64,000 nt of DNA from the NCBI GenBank assembly GCA_020353515.1, contig CP070695.1, forward strand, positions 3,774,277-3,838,276, given 5' to 3'. This DNA comes from Candidatus Heimdallarchaeota archaeon. GTDB taxonomy: Archaea > Asgardarchaeota > Heimdallarchaeia > Hodarchaeales > Hodarchaeaceae. The position numbers and the translations under genes are program-made. Shown here piece by piece: positions 19,490-29,216 of this stretch (positions are counted from its first letter, which is position 1; every line of letters begins with the position of its first letter). The notes beneath the pieces are model-generated. The model had not been told where the DNA came from. It ran no database searches and worked only from the letters and a program-made list of their open reading frames with translations.

Positions 19490-22215
19490 GGTTTTGGTAT
19501 CTCAAGAATGGTTGTAATCAAAGTAATTGTTTCTTGAAGAACTCTTTTCTCTTCATCAAAGAATCTGTCTACATCAAAATCAACTAAAAACTTCAAAGTT
19601 CTTTTTAACATATTGCGAAAAACGTTTTCATACAATTTAGAGTTCAAAAATAAATTGATCTGTGAAGCTAACCAATCACCCCACTCTTTCAGTTCCTTAT
19701 TTACAGCACCTAACCTTTGACTTGCCTTTAATAGCTCATTTAATAAATCTGGAAGCTCTGGTCGTTGAGGTTCAACCATCTGAAAACTTTCTTCTGGAAT
19801 TCTGAATGTGGTACGAAGATCCTCAGTCAGTCTCTTCATCTTGTTATAGAACATTCCAGCAGAGACGCTTCCTACCAGGTATCTCTTTTTCTGTGTAGAG
19901 AACCAGGATTTCTTTTTATTCCATGCTAATAGTTCTTGATTGTTTTTTGGTTGAAAGGATTGATTAGAAAAGATATAATCAAAAACTTCAATGGCTTGTT
20001 TTAACGACTCACGATCCTCAGTTAACTCAAATGGTTCTCTACGGAGCTGCTTACCCATAAGAGGAACTTCAGCTTCTTGTATAACCTTTGGAACAGGTTC
20101 AATCTCTATATCAGTAGATTCATTCACCAATTTTGAAGATTTCACGCCTTTAATCTCTTCCGTGACCACTACCTGCGTACCTGTTCCAACATCATTTTTA
20201 GTCACGACCTCTTTGGTCATAAATTGTAGTTCAGAATACGTTCGTGCTCCTAAGTCTTGCGCTCGCTGATATGATTTGTAATCAGGAAATCTATTTTTTT
20301 CTACTATTTTTGCAGTAGCTAAATCAGGGGCTCCCAGATGACGTATTAATTTTAGATCAGAATAATTCTTTACTCCTAGATCCTGACCTTGTTTATAGGT
20401 TTGATAATCAGGAAATCTCCCTTGTCGAATTTTTTCCGCAGTAGCTAAATCTGGGGCATCAAATTCTTCAACTAAACGCAACTCTGATATATTAGTAGCT
20501 CCAAATGATTTAGCTTTTTCATATTCTTTAAAATTGCGAAATCCTCTAATTCTTATTTTTTCAGCGGTTTCGAAGTCAGGAGCTTCATATTTATCGATAT
20601 ATTGTAAGTCTGAGTAATCTTTAACTTCTAACTCTTGTGCCCGTTTATATGACTCGTAATCAGGAAATTGGCCCTTTTGAATTGCATTCGCAGTCGTTAG
20701 ATCAGGGGCCTGGAATTCTTCAACTAAAAATAATTCAGAAACAGAGGAAGCACCAACAGTCAGAGCTTTTTGGTAAGTTTCAAAATGAGTAAATCCACCC
20801 TCTTTAATTTTCTCAGCTGTTATTAGATTTGGAGCTCCAAGACGATCGATAAACTCTAATTGGGAATATGTTTTAGCTCCTAGATTTTGTGCTCGATGAT
20901 AGGTTTCAAAATTTGGAAATCTTCCTCTCTTCATTGCTTTTTGATCACTAGTAGTCATCTCAGAAACAGGTTTGTCTTTTATAGGAGATTCCTGAGAAAC
21001 AGAAACTTCAATTTTTTCCTTGAGTTCGAGCTTATCTATGGGAATTTTAGCGTGTTCGGATCCAATCCAGCTCTTATATCCGCAAAACGGGCAGGGAGGG
21101 TCTATCATCCCTTTAATTACCATAAGAGATTCAAATTCTCTTATTTCAACCCCTCGCAGACAACGGGAACAAAATACAGATTGGTCAGTTATTATCTTAG
21201 TCCCTGACAGCATACTATACGCACTAATCACTCCTGTTAAAACGGTGTTTCTCATGTTCTTTGCGATATGGACAACACGAACTCTCTGCGGATAAAGAAC
21301 TCCAAGGCAGAAGAAAAAGAAAATGATGATCAAAAGCTCTGCTTTTAGTATAAGGGGATCTACATTGGGAACGGGAATATCAATTATAATGAGATAGAGA
21401 ATTATTGCCATTAACCCAAGCCAATGGAGATTATTCCAAAGTCCAATTAATGATCGCGCTATTAACTTGGGTAATGTTTCTATAAAGAAAATCCCAATAC
21501 GTTCTAAAACGAATCTAGAGGATTTTGTTATCCAACCACCAAATCTTCGAATACGAGTTCCTAATTCCTTAATTCCTAGTCCGAGATATCTGAAAAATCC
21601 TCTACCAATGGTTCCTATCAGCTGTCCGAGAGCAGAGAGAGCCTGTCGAATTCCACCAGCCTTTATCCATTCTTTGAAAATAAAAAACTGGTCTACTATT
21701 TTTTGGTCAAGTTCTGTGGCGCGAGTTGTAAAACCAATAATCATGGTGAATACGCCAGCTATGATCATGATTATGTAAATAAACTCAGCATCAGATCCAT
21801 ACCAGATTATATTAAGAAGAAATGTTATAAAAATAAGTACAACACCAACATATGCGATAATTGCCCCAAGTGCACCCCATTCGGTATATTCTCTCCAACT
21901 TAACACATCAATGACTAAACCACCAAACAAGATAAGCAGAGTAATCCCCATAACCGCGGTTACCAATCTTGATCTCACAGGATCAGGAATGGGAAGTGCA
22001 GGATTTTGAATCATAAACTGTACAAACAGACCTATGAAGAAGATTATAACTCCAATAATTGTGAACTTTGAAAAGGATATCAATTCTGTAACTGATGCTT
22101 CTTTAAGCTTTCTGGCTTTTGGTAATTCTTGCTGTGTAGATAGTTCTGATTCTTTTAAGGTGGCCTTGTTCTCTTTAGTAATTTTATTTTGTAACTTTTT
22201 ATCATCTATAGCCAT
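19474..22215 (-). CDS. Multi-pass membrane protein with C4 Zn finger and 42-aa tandem repeats
   Basis: About 6 TMs, amphipathic helix, CSRC..CPFC, ~5.7 repeats. Confidence 0.8.
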   Translation of the reverse strand: MAIDDKKLQNKITKENKATLKESELSTQQELPKARKLKEASVTELISFSKFTIIGVIIFFIGLFVQFMIQNPALPIPDPVRSRLVTAVMGITLLILFGGLVIDVLSWREYTEWGALGAIIAYVGVVLIFITFLLNIIWYGSDAEFIYIIMIIAGVFTMIIGFTTRATELDQKIVDQFFIFKEWIKAGGIRQALSALGQLIGTIGRGFFRYLGLGIKELGTRIRRFGGWITKSSRFVLERIGIFFIETLPKLIARSLIGLWNNLHWLGLMAIILYLIIIDIPVPNVDPLILKAELLIIIFFFFCLGVLYPQRVRVVHIAKNMRNTVLTGVISAYSMLSGTKIITDQSVFCSRCLRGVEIREFESLMVIKGMIDPPCPFCGYKSWIGSEHAKIPIDKLELKEKIEVSVSQESPIKDKPVSEMTTSDQKAMKRGRFPNFETYHRAQNLGAKTYSQLEFIDRLGAPNLITAEKIKEGGFTHFETYQKALTVGASSVSELFLVEEFQAPDLTTANAIQKGQFPDYESYKRAQELEVKDYSDLQYIDKYEAPDFETAEKIRIRGFRNFKEYEKAKSFGATNISELRLVEEFDAPDLATAEKIRQGRFPDYQTYKQGQDLGVKNYSDLKLIRHLGAPDLATAKIVEKNRFPDYKSYQRAQDLGARTYSELQFMTKEVVTKNDVGTGTQVVVTEEIKGVKSSKLVNESTDIEIEPVPKVIQEAEVPLMGKQLRREPFELTEDRESLKQAIEVFDYIFSNQSFQPKNNQELLAWNKKKSWFSTQKKRYLVGSVSAGMFYNKMKRLTEDLRTTFRIPEESFQMVEPQRPELPDLLNELLKASQRLGAVNKELKEWGDWLASQINLFLNSKLYENVFRNMLKRTLKFLVDFDVDRFFDEEKRVLQETITLITTILEIPKPWDQV
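20209..20925 (-). repeat. Intragenic 42-aa (126-nt) tandem repeat, ~5.7 copies
   Basis: Units start GRFPNF, GGFTHF, GQFPDY, RGFRNF, GRFPDY, NRFPDY; the five complete units end in GAPNL/APD[LF].TA..[IV]. Confidence 0.9.
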
Positions 22216-25200
22216 TATTTACCACCTCTGTCAGATTCAATGCTGTCTGTACTACTTAAGAGAGATTTAAGCCGCATATTTTCTTTCTTAAGGGCAACAA
22301 ACAAAAAGATCACTATACCCACAACAATGAGTGCTGCCCCAAGTGGAATCAAGAAAGGAGAATTAGCAAAAAAACCAAGTAAATTCCTTTCGTAGGTTCC
22401 CCATTGAATTATGCTTGCAAGAAAGGCCAAGACTCCTAAGATATCAATTCTGAGGAAGAATTCACTTATTTCAACACCAGATGGATCCACAAAGCCAGAA
22501 AGTAATACGATAACTCCATAGAAAGACACCGAAATAGCTAGTAAGATAAGAATTATGGGGATTGTCAAATCTATTGTTGTACGGAATAGCAAGATCAGTT
22601 GGTTTCCTAGCTTTCTCATAAAATCTCCGAGGGCATAAAAGGCTCGTTTAAATGCATCCTTGATTGCATGAACAGTACGAAGGAGAGCATCCCAAATCGC
22701 CTGTAGAGTATGAATAATGAAGTGATTAACTTTATGGAACCAAGTAGCATAAAGAATGACTAAACCACTTCCTATCAATAACCATCCAAGTGGCTCTTGT
22801 AGCCAGACTAGCCCTACAATAAGGGATAGAATACCAAGACACGTTGTGGAGAAGCGGATAATCTCGATATAGTATGTTTGGAAGAATTGGACTATCGTAT
22901 TATAAGTATCCTTGAGAAATTGGAAAAATGCTCTTAGTGCTTGACCAATAGCGTGCATCAGTTGTTGAAATGCATTTCGTAAAGTGATAGCTGATTGTAA
23001 GACAAATTGATTGACCTGATGGAACCACGCAAGGTAAAGAAGAAGAATACCACCAAGAATCAGCACTAATCGAAAATCAAAAAGCTCCCTTGAGGGAGGT
23101 AATAATCCAGCTAGAATCAGAATACTAGCGGTAATCGTTGTGACAGCTCTTAGAATATAAATACGGTGATCCCAAGCATATTGGAAAAAAGCAGCAATCG
23201 AATTCGTAACTGCAACGAGGAATTTATGAACTGCATTAGCTGTCTGGACCAAAGCGTTGCGAATTGCAATACTCAATTGTTTGAAAGCTAGGTTGACCTG
23301 ATGGAACCAGGCTACATAGAGAAGAAGAACACCAGCCAATATCAAAAACAGTTCAAGTCCACTTATCAAAGACATATCGTACATTCTATAGAAGAGTAAT
23401 AACAGACCAATAGAAGTCATGATTGAGCCAGAAATCGTCATTATTGCTCGGATTATGGCAATACGGTGTTCCCAAATAGAATGACCAGCCTGAATAAGAG
23501 CATTTATAGCTGTAACAAAGAAGTTTTTGATATCATGTGCAGTGTTCACAATAGCGTTGCGAATAGCCAAGAGGGATTGTTTAACAAAATGATTGACTTG
23601 ATAAAACCAAGCAGCGTAAAGAACACTTAGTCCAGCAATCAATAGAACTAGCTGAATTCCAAACTGAAGCTGTTCAGGAGAAATCTCTAGAAAAGGAACA
23701 ACTACAAAACTTACAAGGATCATTAGTGGGCCAAGAATGGTGGCAAAAGCCCGTAGAATCACAATACGATAAAACCAAATGGTGTGAAGAGCTTCAATTA
23801 CTGCCTCCTTAACTTTTATGAGAAAGTTATATAGCGCATGTCCTGTGAGCACAAGTGTATTCCAAATAGTAATTGCTGACTCTTTAACGAAGTGATTGAC
23901 CTGATTAAACCAAGCTATATAAAGAATAACGATACCAAACAATAAAAATAATAGTTCAAGGGTCTCAGACATCCATGGTACGAATGCAATGGTAAATCCA
24001 AGCATTGATATAAAACTGGTAACTGTTACAATAAATCCAGCGGTCGTTAGAATAGCTCTGGTGATAATAATATGATGATACCATATCATATGAATAGTTT
24101 GGATAAATGCATCTTTTACAGCAATGAAGAAGTTTTTGATGGCCTGACCAGTAAAGATGAATGCATTCTTGATAGCTATAGCTGTTTTGATCACTAGTTG
24201 TTTGAGCTCGTTTCTCCAGACGGTTCCATTGACAACAATGCCAATAACTATTAATCCTCCAGAAAGCCAAAGAATAAGAAGAAGATCCTGTGAAAGTAAC
24301 AGAAGGATTCCATAAAGTATCAGCACAGTGCTGAGAGTCGTTGTAACTCCACGGGAATTACTATGACGATCAGGAATATACCAAATCGCGACGCTAACAA
24401 TATAACCTGATAATAGAAAGAAGAATGGGCCATAAGGAAAGGCACTGATAGTGTTCCACGTAACAACAAGGCCATATACCGTGAAGCTCAAAGCACCTAT
24501 CGTGATTAACTGTCGGTAATAAGTTGTGAGAAACTGGGCAGTTGTGTTGATGGTGTACCCGATCGCATTTTTCAACGCAATAAGGATGCTTTTAAACGAC
24601 TGATAGATCTCTATTCGCCAGATCCATCCATTAATTGATATTCCCATAACAATCAAGAAACTTGAAATCACATAGGAAAGTTCATCAGGCGAAACAGGGG
24701 GCGTTAAAAGTAATCCTAAGAGTAAGATCCCCCACAGTACCACAGTAATACTTAGTGTGGTGGTTACCCCCCGAAAATAGGCATGACGATCAGGAATATG
24801 CCATATCGCAACACTTATCGCAAAACCTCCTAGAAAGAAACCTAAAGGTAATGGATCAAAGAAGCTATCTATTACTAATACATCCATGAGGAGAGGATTG
24901 AACAACTTTGTAAATTCAAATAAAAAAGATCCTAATGTAAGGAAGCTTACGCCAACAGTTGTAGTTATTTCTCTGTAATAAGTACGGAAGAACCAAACAA
25001 CTGTTTGAATTGTTCGTTTGACAGTATAATTAATGTTATCAAACCAAACTCGATAGAAAAGTAGTAATCCAGTCATAGGAAAAGAAATTGAAAAGAAAAA
25101 CCAATCAGGAATAGATTGTGTCAGTGCTTGAATTAAACCAATAATTATCAATAATACACCTATTAAAGACGCAAAAACTTGACCTAATGTTACAAAACCC

Positions 25201-26072
25201 TTGCTAAAATGGCTTGTAACCTTCATCTTGAATATATATAAATCTAGATAAACTATTGCTAATCCTATGACCCCAGATATGAAACTGAGTAAGAAAAAGT
25301 TTGAATCAATAAATGGTGCAAGTATAATTAGTATGAATCCCAGTCCTAAACTTAATTCAAAGATTCTAATGATTTCAATCCTGTATCTCCAAACTGTGTG
25401 ATTAATTTGACGGAACCAGGAACCCCACACGAGTCCCAATCCAATTCCTCCAATTATTAAGCCTCCAAATGGATCGCCTGGGAAAACAAAGATTGTTAAT
25501 ACACCCCATTCAACAAAGAACAATACAAGAATTGATAAAAAACTCCAATTAACTAAGAAAACTCCGACAACAGAAATTGTATAGCGAATAATAACCTCAA
25601 AATTTATTCTGAACCAAAATACCAGAGGTTCATCTATTCGAGTTGTCTCTGCAAAGAAACCAATAAATGTTAGAAGCAGTCCTAAAACCAGTAGAGGGAT
25701 AAGAATTACTAGCTGAAGAGCAACAAGTGACGAAACACTGCATAAGAATACAACAAACAATCCAAAGAAGCCCATATTCCCGCCTAAATTAGTTGATTTG
25801 TTTCGTTTTTCATTAACCCAACGTAACTGGAAAAAACCAAGGAAAATACCTGCTAAAAAAACAAGTATGAAGACGAAAATCAACATAGGAGATAATATAT
25901 TAGTGTAAACTTCGAAATCTGGTAGATATATTTGTACAACGTTTACTCCTAGGAGTCCGATTACTATCACGGATGCAAGCCGAACTAGATGGCGAATCAC
26001 ATTCTCCTGATAAATAGGTTCAGTTGGACTAAATTCTTCTACATCTGGTGCTCTTTTTTCTGTTTCAATCAT
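22215..26072 (-). CDS. Giant polytopic membrane protein of repeated TM-hairpin + amphipathic-helix units
   Basis: 1285 aa, hydrophobic throughout; recurring LY..WF.[QK]VN and duplicated AIW[HY]IPDRH...RGVTTTLS. Confidence 0.82.
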   Translation of the reverse strand: MIETEKRAPDVEEFSPTEPIYQENVIRHLVRLASVIVIGLLGVNVVQIYLPDFEVYTNILSPMLIFVFILVFLAGIFLGFFQLRWVNEKRNKSTNLGGNMGFFGLFVVFLCSVSSLVALQLVILIPLLVLGLLLTFIGFFAETTRIDEPLVFWFRINFEVIIRYTISVVGVFLVNWSFLSILVLFFVEWGVLTIFVFPGDPFGGLIIGGIGLGLVWGSWFRQINHTVWRYRIEIIRIFELSLGLGFILIILAPFIDSNFFLLSFISGVIGLAIVYLDLYIFKMKVTSHFSKGFVTLGQVFASLIGVLLIIIGLIQALTQSIPDWFFFSISFPMTGLLLFYRVWFDNINYTVKRTIQTVVWFFRTYYREITTTVGVSFLTLGSFLFEFTKLFNPLLMDVLVIDSFFDPLPLGFFLGGFAISVAIWHIPDRHAYFRGVTTTLSITVVLWGILLLGLLLTPPVSPDELSYVISSFLIVMGISINGWIWRIEIYQSFKSILIALKNAIGYTINTTAQFLTTYYRQLITIGALSFTVYGLVVTWNTISAFPYGPFFFLLSGYIVSVAIWYIPDRHSNSRGVTTTLSTVLILYGILLLLSQDLLLILWLSGGLIVIGIVVNGTVWRNELKQLVIKTAIAIKNAFIFTGQAIKNFFIAVKDAFIQTIHMIWYHHIIITRAILTTAGFIVTVTSFISMLGFTIAFVPWMSETLELLFLLFGIVILYIAWFNQVNHFVKESAITIWNTLVLTGHALYNFLIKVKEAVIEALHTIWFYRIVILRAFATILGPLMILVSFVVVPFLEISPEQLQFGIQLVLLIAGLSVLYAAWFYQVNHFVKQSLLAIRNAIVNTAHDIKNFFVTAINALIQAGHSIWEHRIAIIRAIMTISGSIMTSIGLLLLFYRMYDMSLISGLELFLILAGVLLLYVAWFHQVNLAFKQLSIAIRNALVQTANAVHKFLVAVTNSIAAFFQYAWDHRIYILRAVTTITASILILAGLLPPSRELFDFRLVLILGGILLLYLAWFHQVNQFVLQSAITLRNAFQQLMHAIGQALRAFFQFLKDTYNTIVQFFQTYYIEIIRFSTTCLGILSLIVGLVWLQEPLGWLLIGSGLVILYATWFHKVNHFIIHTLQAIWDALLRTVHAIKDAFKRAFYALGDFMRKLGNQLILLFRTTIDLTIPIILILLAISVSFYGVIVLLSGFVDPSGVEISEFFLRIDILGVLAFLASIIQWGTYERNLLGFFANSPFLIPLGAALIVVGIVIFLFVALKKENMRLKSLLSSTDSIESDRGGK
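22564..24236 (-). repeat. Intragenic ~94-101-aa repeats (WF.QVN units)
   Basis: DNA anchor TT[GA]AC.T[GT]AT..AACCA at 23896, 23593, 23293, 23011, 22726 (spacing 303/300/282/285 nt). Confidence 0.85.
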
Positions 26073-28996
26073 ATCTGACTTACTCCTTCTTCACTTTTTC
26101 GACTCAGTGCCTTACTGAGTCTCCTCCCGAAGTATACTTCAGGAATAATCGGTATTAATGCTAATCCAACAATGAATAATGAGAAATCTGGTGGAGGAGG
26201 TGGAGTATTGTGTACGGAAAATACTTCCCCAAGGATATTCTCAGAAGTTAATCCATCTGAACTGGTTGTTACAACTTTTATTTTATAATTAGCCCCATCG
26301 GGGACAGTGGTGGTGTTCCAAGTATAAGTGGTTGTAGTTAAGTCTGAGACTATCGGAATCCAAGTTGAACCATCATCTGGGGAATAATAGAGTGAATAGG
26401 TGACCTCTTGACCCAATGAATCAGTAGAGGCCGCCCATTGAATTGTAACCATTCCTTTAAGGGATTCTTCCCCAAAAGAAGTTGAAATTATCGGAGCTGT
26501 AATGTAATGTATCATAAATGAGCCATCAGAAAGATCCACAGCGGTTAATCCCTCAGAACAAGTTGCTATAACTTTGATTGTGAAATTGGTTCCTGTTGCG
26601 AGAACTGAAGTGTCCCAATCATAGCTACTTACATCTAAACTTGAAACTAGACTATTCCAAGTATTTCCACCATCAGACGAATAATACACAGTATAGGTAA
26701 CATCGTGGTTTAGTGAATCAGATGAGACCGACCATTGAATGGGAATAGTTCCATTAAGAATTTCCCCGCCATTAGGAGATAAAATGATCGGTTTAGAAAG
26801 CTCATTATGGACAGAAAACGTCGAACTGTAGATATCCTCAGAAATTAAACCTGCAGAACAACTTGCAGTAATTTTGATTAAAGAGGATGCACTATCGGGG
26901 ACATTGGTTGTGTTCCAAACATAATTTGTCATGTTCAAACCAGAAACAACTGGGATCCAAGATGAACCATTATTTGAGGAGTAAAATACTGAATAGGTGA
27001 CATCTTGACCCAAAGAATCAGTAGAGAGCGCCCATTGAAGAGAAACTGTACCTTTTAGGGGATCACTCCCAAAGGAAGTCAAAATGGTAGGTGGGGTAAT
27101 GTAATGTACCATAAATAAGCCATCAGAGACATCATCAGCTGTTAATCCCTCTGTACAAGTAGCTACAACTTTTATCGTGAAATTTTCCCCTACTCTAAGA
27201 CCTGATGTGTCCCAATTTAGACTAGGTGTATTCAAACTTGAATCAATTAAAATCCATGTGTTCCCATCGTCGATTGAATAATATACAGTATATGTAACAT
27301 CATGGCCAACTGAATCAGGCGAGGCTGACCACTGAATGGGAATAGTTCCATTGATAATTTCCCCACCATTAGGAGACAAGATAGTCGGTGAGGAAAGATA
27401 ATTATGAATAGTAAATATTCCATTAGATGTATCCTCGGCTGTCTCTCCCTCTGAACAGTTAGTAATAACTTTGATCAAGTAAGTTGACCCATCTGCAACG
27501 CTAGAAGTGTTCCATAAGTAATTGGTTGTGTTTAATCCAGAAGCCAAAAGCTCCCAAGTGAGTCCATTGTCCGCTGAAATGCTTATTGAATAAGTCACTA
27601 CATGTCCTTTTGAGTCAATGGCTGGCAACCACTGTATATCTTCGGTCAAGGTGTAGACCTCGCCCCCATTAGGTGTTAGAAGAGCAGGACTCGTAAGAAT
27701 ATCCACTACAGCACTAGGATATTGAGAAGTTAATGGATACGAGTCTTCGCCTCCCCCAATCCCATAGGGGTTATCTACAATACCATCAACATCAATGTCT
27801 GGACCTGTCCAGTCACTCCAGTGATTAAACGCAAAGATATTATTAATATACCCCTCATTTAATGCTTGAGAATCACCTCCACTGTTTTCAACGAAATTGT
27901 TCCAAATAATTGTATTAAAACTTGTAAGTGAACTTAAAACAAGACCATAATAGGAACTGTTGGTTAAATTGTTACTTGAAATGTTATTATAATTCGAAGA
28001 ATATTCTAAAGAAATTCCGCTCCCAAAATTATCATAAATATCGTTCCCAGCTAATATACTATTTGATCCACCAAAGTCGATACCATACCCTCCATTGTTA
28101 TATATGACATTTCGTTTGAAAACACAAGAATCAGAACGAGCTCGAATACCCCATCCGTTGTCATGAACAAAGTTTCCGATACATACGATATTCGGAGAAC
28201 CAACAATACTCATTCCAGATCCCATGTTTTCAAATACTCGATTATAACCAATAACAGTTTTTTGTGTTGATCCAATGAACAATCCTTGATCGGTGTTAAA
28301 CTTCACTGTATTGTTGTAAACATAAACCTCTTTTGTTTCCCCAATGCCCAATGCCCCATGTCCACCACACCCAGAAACCGTATTATTGATAATTGTGTTA
28401 TTCTGCGAATATCCTGTCGAAATTCCCCCGTCATTACAATTAGAAACAGTATTATTCCCAATAAGGATTTGATTAGAGGAGTCTACCGTAATCCCACCAC
28501 CGTCAATATTATAAACTGTATTATTTGAAATAATTCCATTTGACACATTATAGAAGTGAATTCCTTCAGGTGCAAAATTTAATCCGTTAAGAATATTACT
28601 TCGAACACAAAAATAAGCTGTCGTACCGCTGATGCTGATCAAACTCTCACTTGAAGCAGTAATACTAAAACCTTCAATTAAGTAAGGATCATCAATTGTC
28701 CCTGATCCTGGAAATCCTTGTATAATAAACTGGTTGTTCGAGGATATAGAAATAGGATCGTGCTCTATAAGATTAGAATGATAAGTTTTTAATCTCATAG
28801 ATTGAGGAACATCGGTATTCTCTGAAGGAGTACAAATTCTCTCAATACATGAAACAGGCTTATACATTACTTGAACTGGTACATTAAGACTATGGCATAA
28901 TACCATAGTAAATATAATTAGAAATAAATAAAGTAATTTATTTCGGTTAAACAAGATTTTTTTCAATATTATCCCCTTTTTCCTCAAAAACTCCAA
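26069..28996 (-). CDS. Membrane-anchored surface protein: signal, NosD/CASH beta-helix, five Fn3-like repeats, C-terminal TM
   Basis: GSGTIDDPYLIEG, Asn-ladder repeats, NHWSDWTGPDIDVDGIVD, PPPPP linker then TM. Confidence 0.87.
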   Translation of the reverse strand: MEFLRKKGIILKKILFNRNKLLYLFLIIFTMVLCHSLNVPVQVMYKPVSCIERICTPSENTDVPQSMRLKTYHSNLIEHDPISISSNNQFIIQGFPGSGTIDDPYLIEGFSITASSESLISISGTTAYFCVRSNILNGLNFAPEGIHFYNVSNGIISNNTVYNIDGGGITVDSSNQILIGNNTVSNCNDGGISTGYSQNNTIINNTVSGCGGHGALGIGETKEVYVYNNTVKFNTDQGLFIGSTQKTVIGYNRVFENMGSGMSIVGSPNIVCIGNFVHDNGWGIRARSDSCVFKRNVIYNNGGYGIDFGGSNSILAGNDIYDNFGSGISLEYSSNYNNISSNNLTNSSYYGLVLSSLTSFNTIIWNNFVENSGGDSQALNEGYINNIFAFNHWSDWTGPDIDVDGIVDNPYGIGGGEDSYPLTSQYPSAVVDILTSPALLTPNGGEVYTLTEDIQWLPAIDSKGHVVTYSISISADNGLTWELLASGLNTTNYLWNTSSVADGSTYLIKVITNCSEGETAEDTSNGIFTIHNYLSSPTILSPNGGEIINGTIPIQWSASPDSVGHDVTYTVYYSIDDGNTWILIDSSLNTPSLNWDTSGLRVGENFTIKVVATCTEGLTADDVSDGLFMVHYITPPTILTSFGSDPLKGTVSLQWALSTDSLGQDVTYSVFYSSNNGSSWIPVVSGLNMTNYVWNTTNVPDSASSLIKITASCSAGLISEDIYSSTFSVHNELSKPIILSPNGGEILNGTIPIQWSVSSDSLNHDVTYTVYYSSDGGNTWNSLVSSLDVSSYDWDTSVLATGTNFTIKVIATCSEGLTAVDLSDGSFMIHYITAPIISTSFGEESLKGMVTIQWAASTDSLGQEVTYSLYYSPDDGSTWIPIVSDLTTTTYTWNTTTVPDGANYKIKVVTTSSDGLTSENILGEVFSVHNTPPPPPDFSLFIVGLALIPIIPEVYFGRRLSKALSRKSEEGVSQI
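26207..27697 (-). repeat. Five ~100-aa Fn3-like domain repeats
   Basis: Units start PALLTPNGGE, PTILSPNGGE, PTILTSFG, PIILSPNGGE, PIISTSFG; units 2-3 are duplicated as 4-5. Confidence 0.88.
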
Positions 28997-29065
28997 CCTT
29001 CATACAATAAAAGGCAACTTTGTGCGTGAGAGAGAATAATAACACTTATGTGAGAGATGATTTCC

Positions 29066-29083
29066 TTATAAGTGTACTTATAA
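29066..29083. promoter_or_regulatory. Candidate operator, 8-2-8 palindrome in a divergent promoter
   Basis: TTATAAGT-GT-ACTTATAA containing TATA-like TTATAA on both strands; additional ACACTTAT half-site at 29042-29049. Confidence 0.45.
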
Positions 29084-29216
29084 TTCATGAATGAGAAATT
29101 AATTTCTTAACGTAAAAGAACCGCTGTTATTTTTTCCGAGAGAATTCTTTGTCATACAAACTAAAGTTAAATGTCTAATAAACAAACCATATTGGTAAAA
29201 CCAAAAGAGGAATAGA

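Noticed and set aside
22215-26072. Phage tape-measure protein or provirus
   Set aside because: The amphipathic W/F periodicity is similar, but it is interrupted by regular TM hairpins and there are no capsid, terminase, integrase or tail genes
20209-27697. Regularly spaced repeats as a CRISPR array
   Set aside because: The repeats are degenerate, in frame and intragenic, with 126-303 nt periods; no cas genes are present
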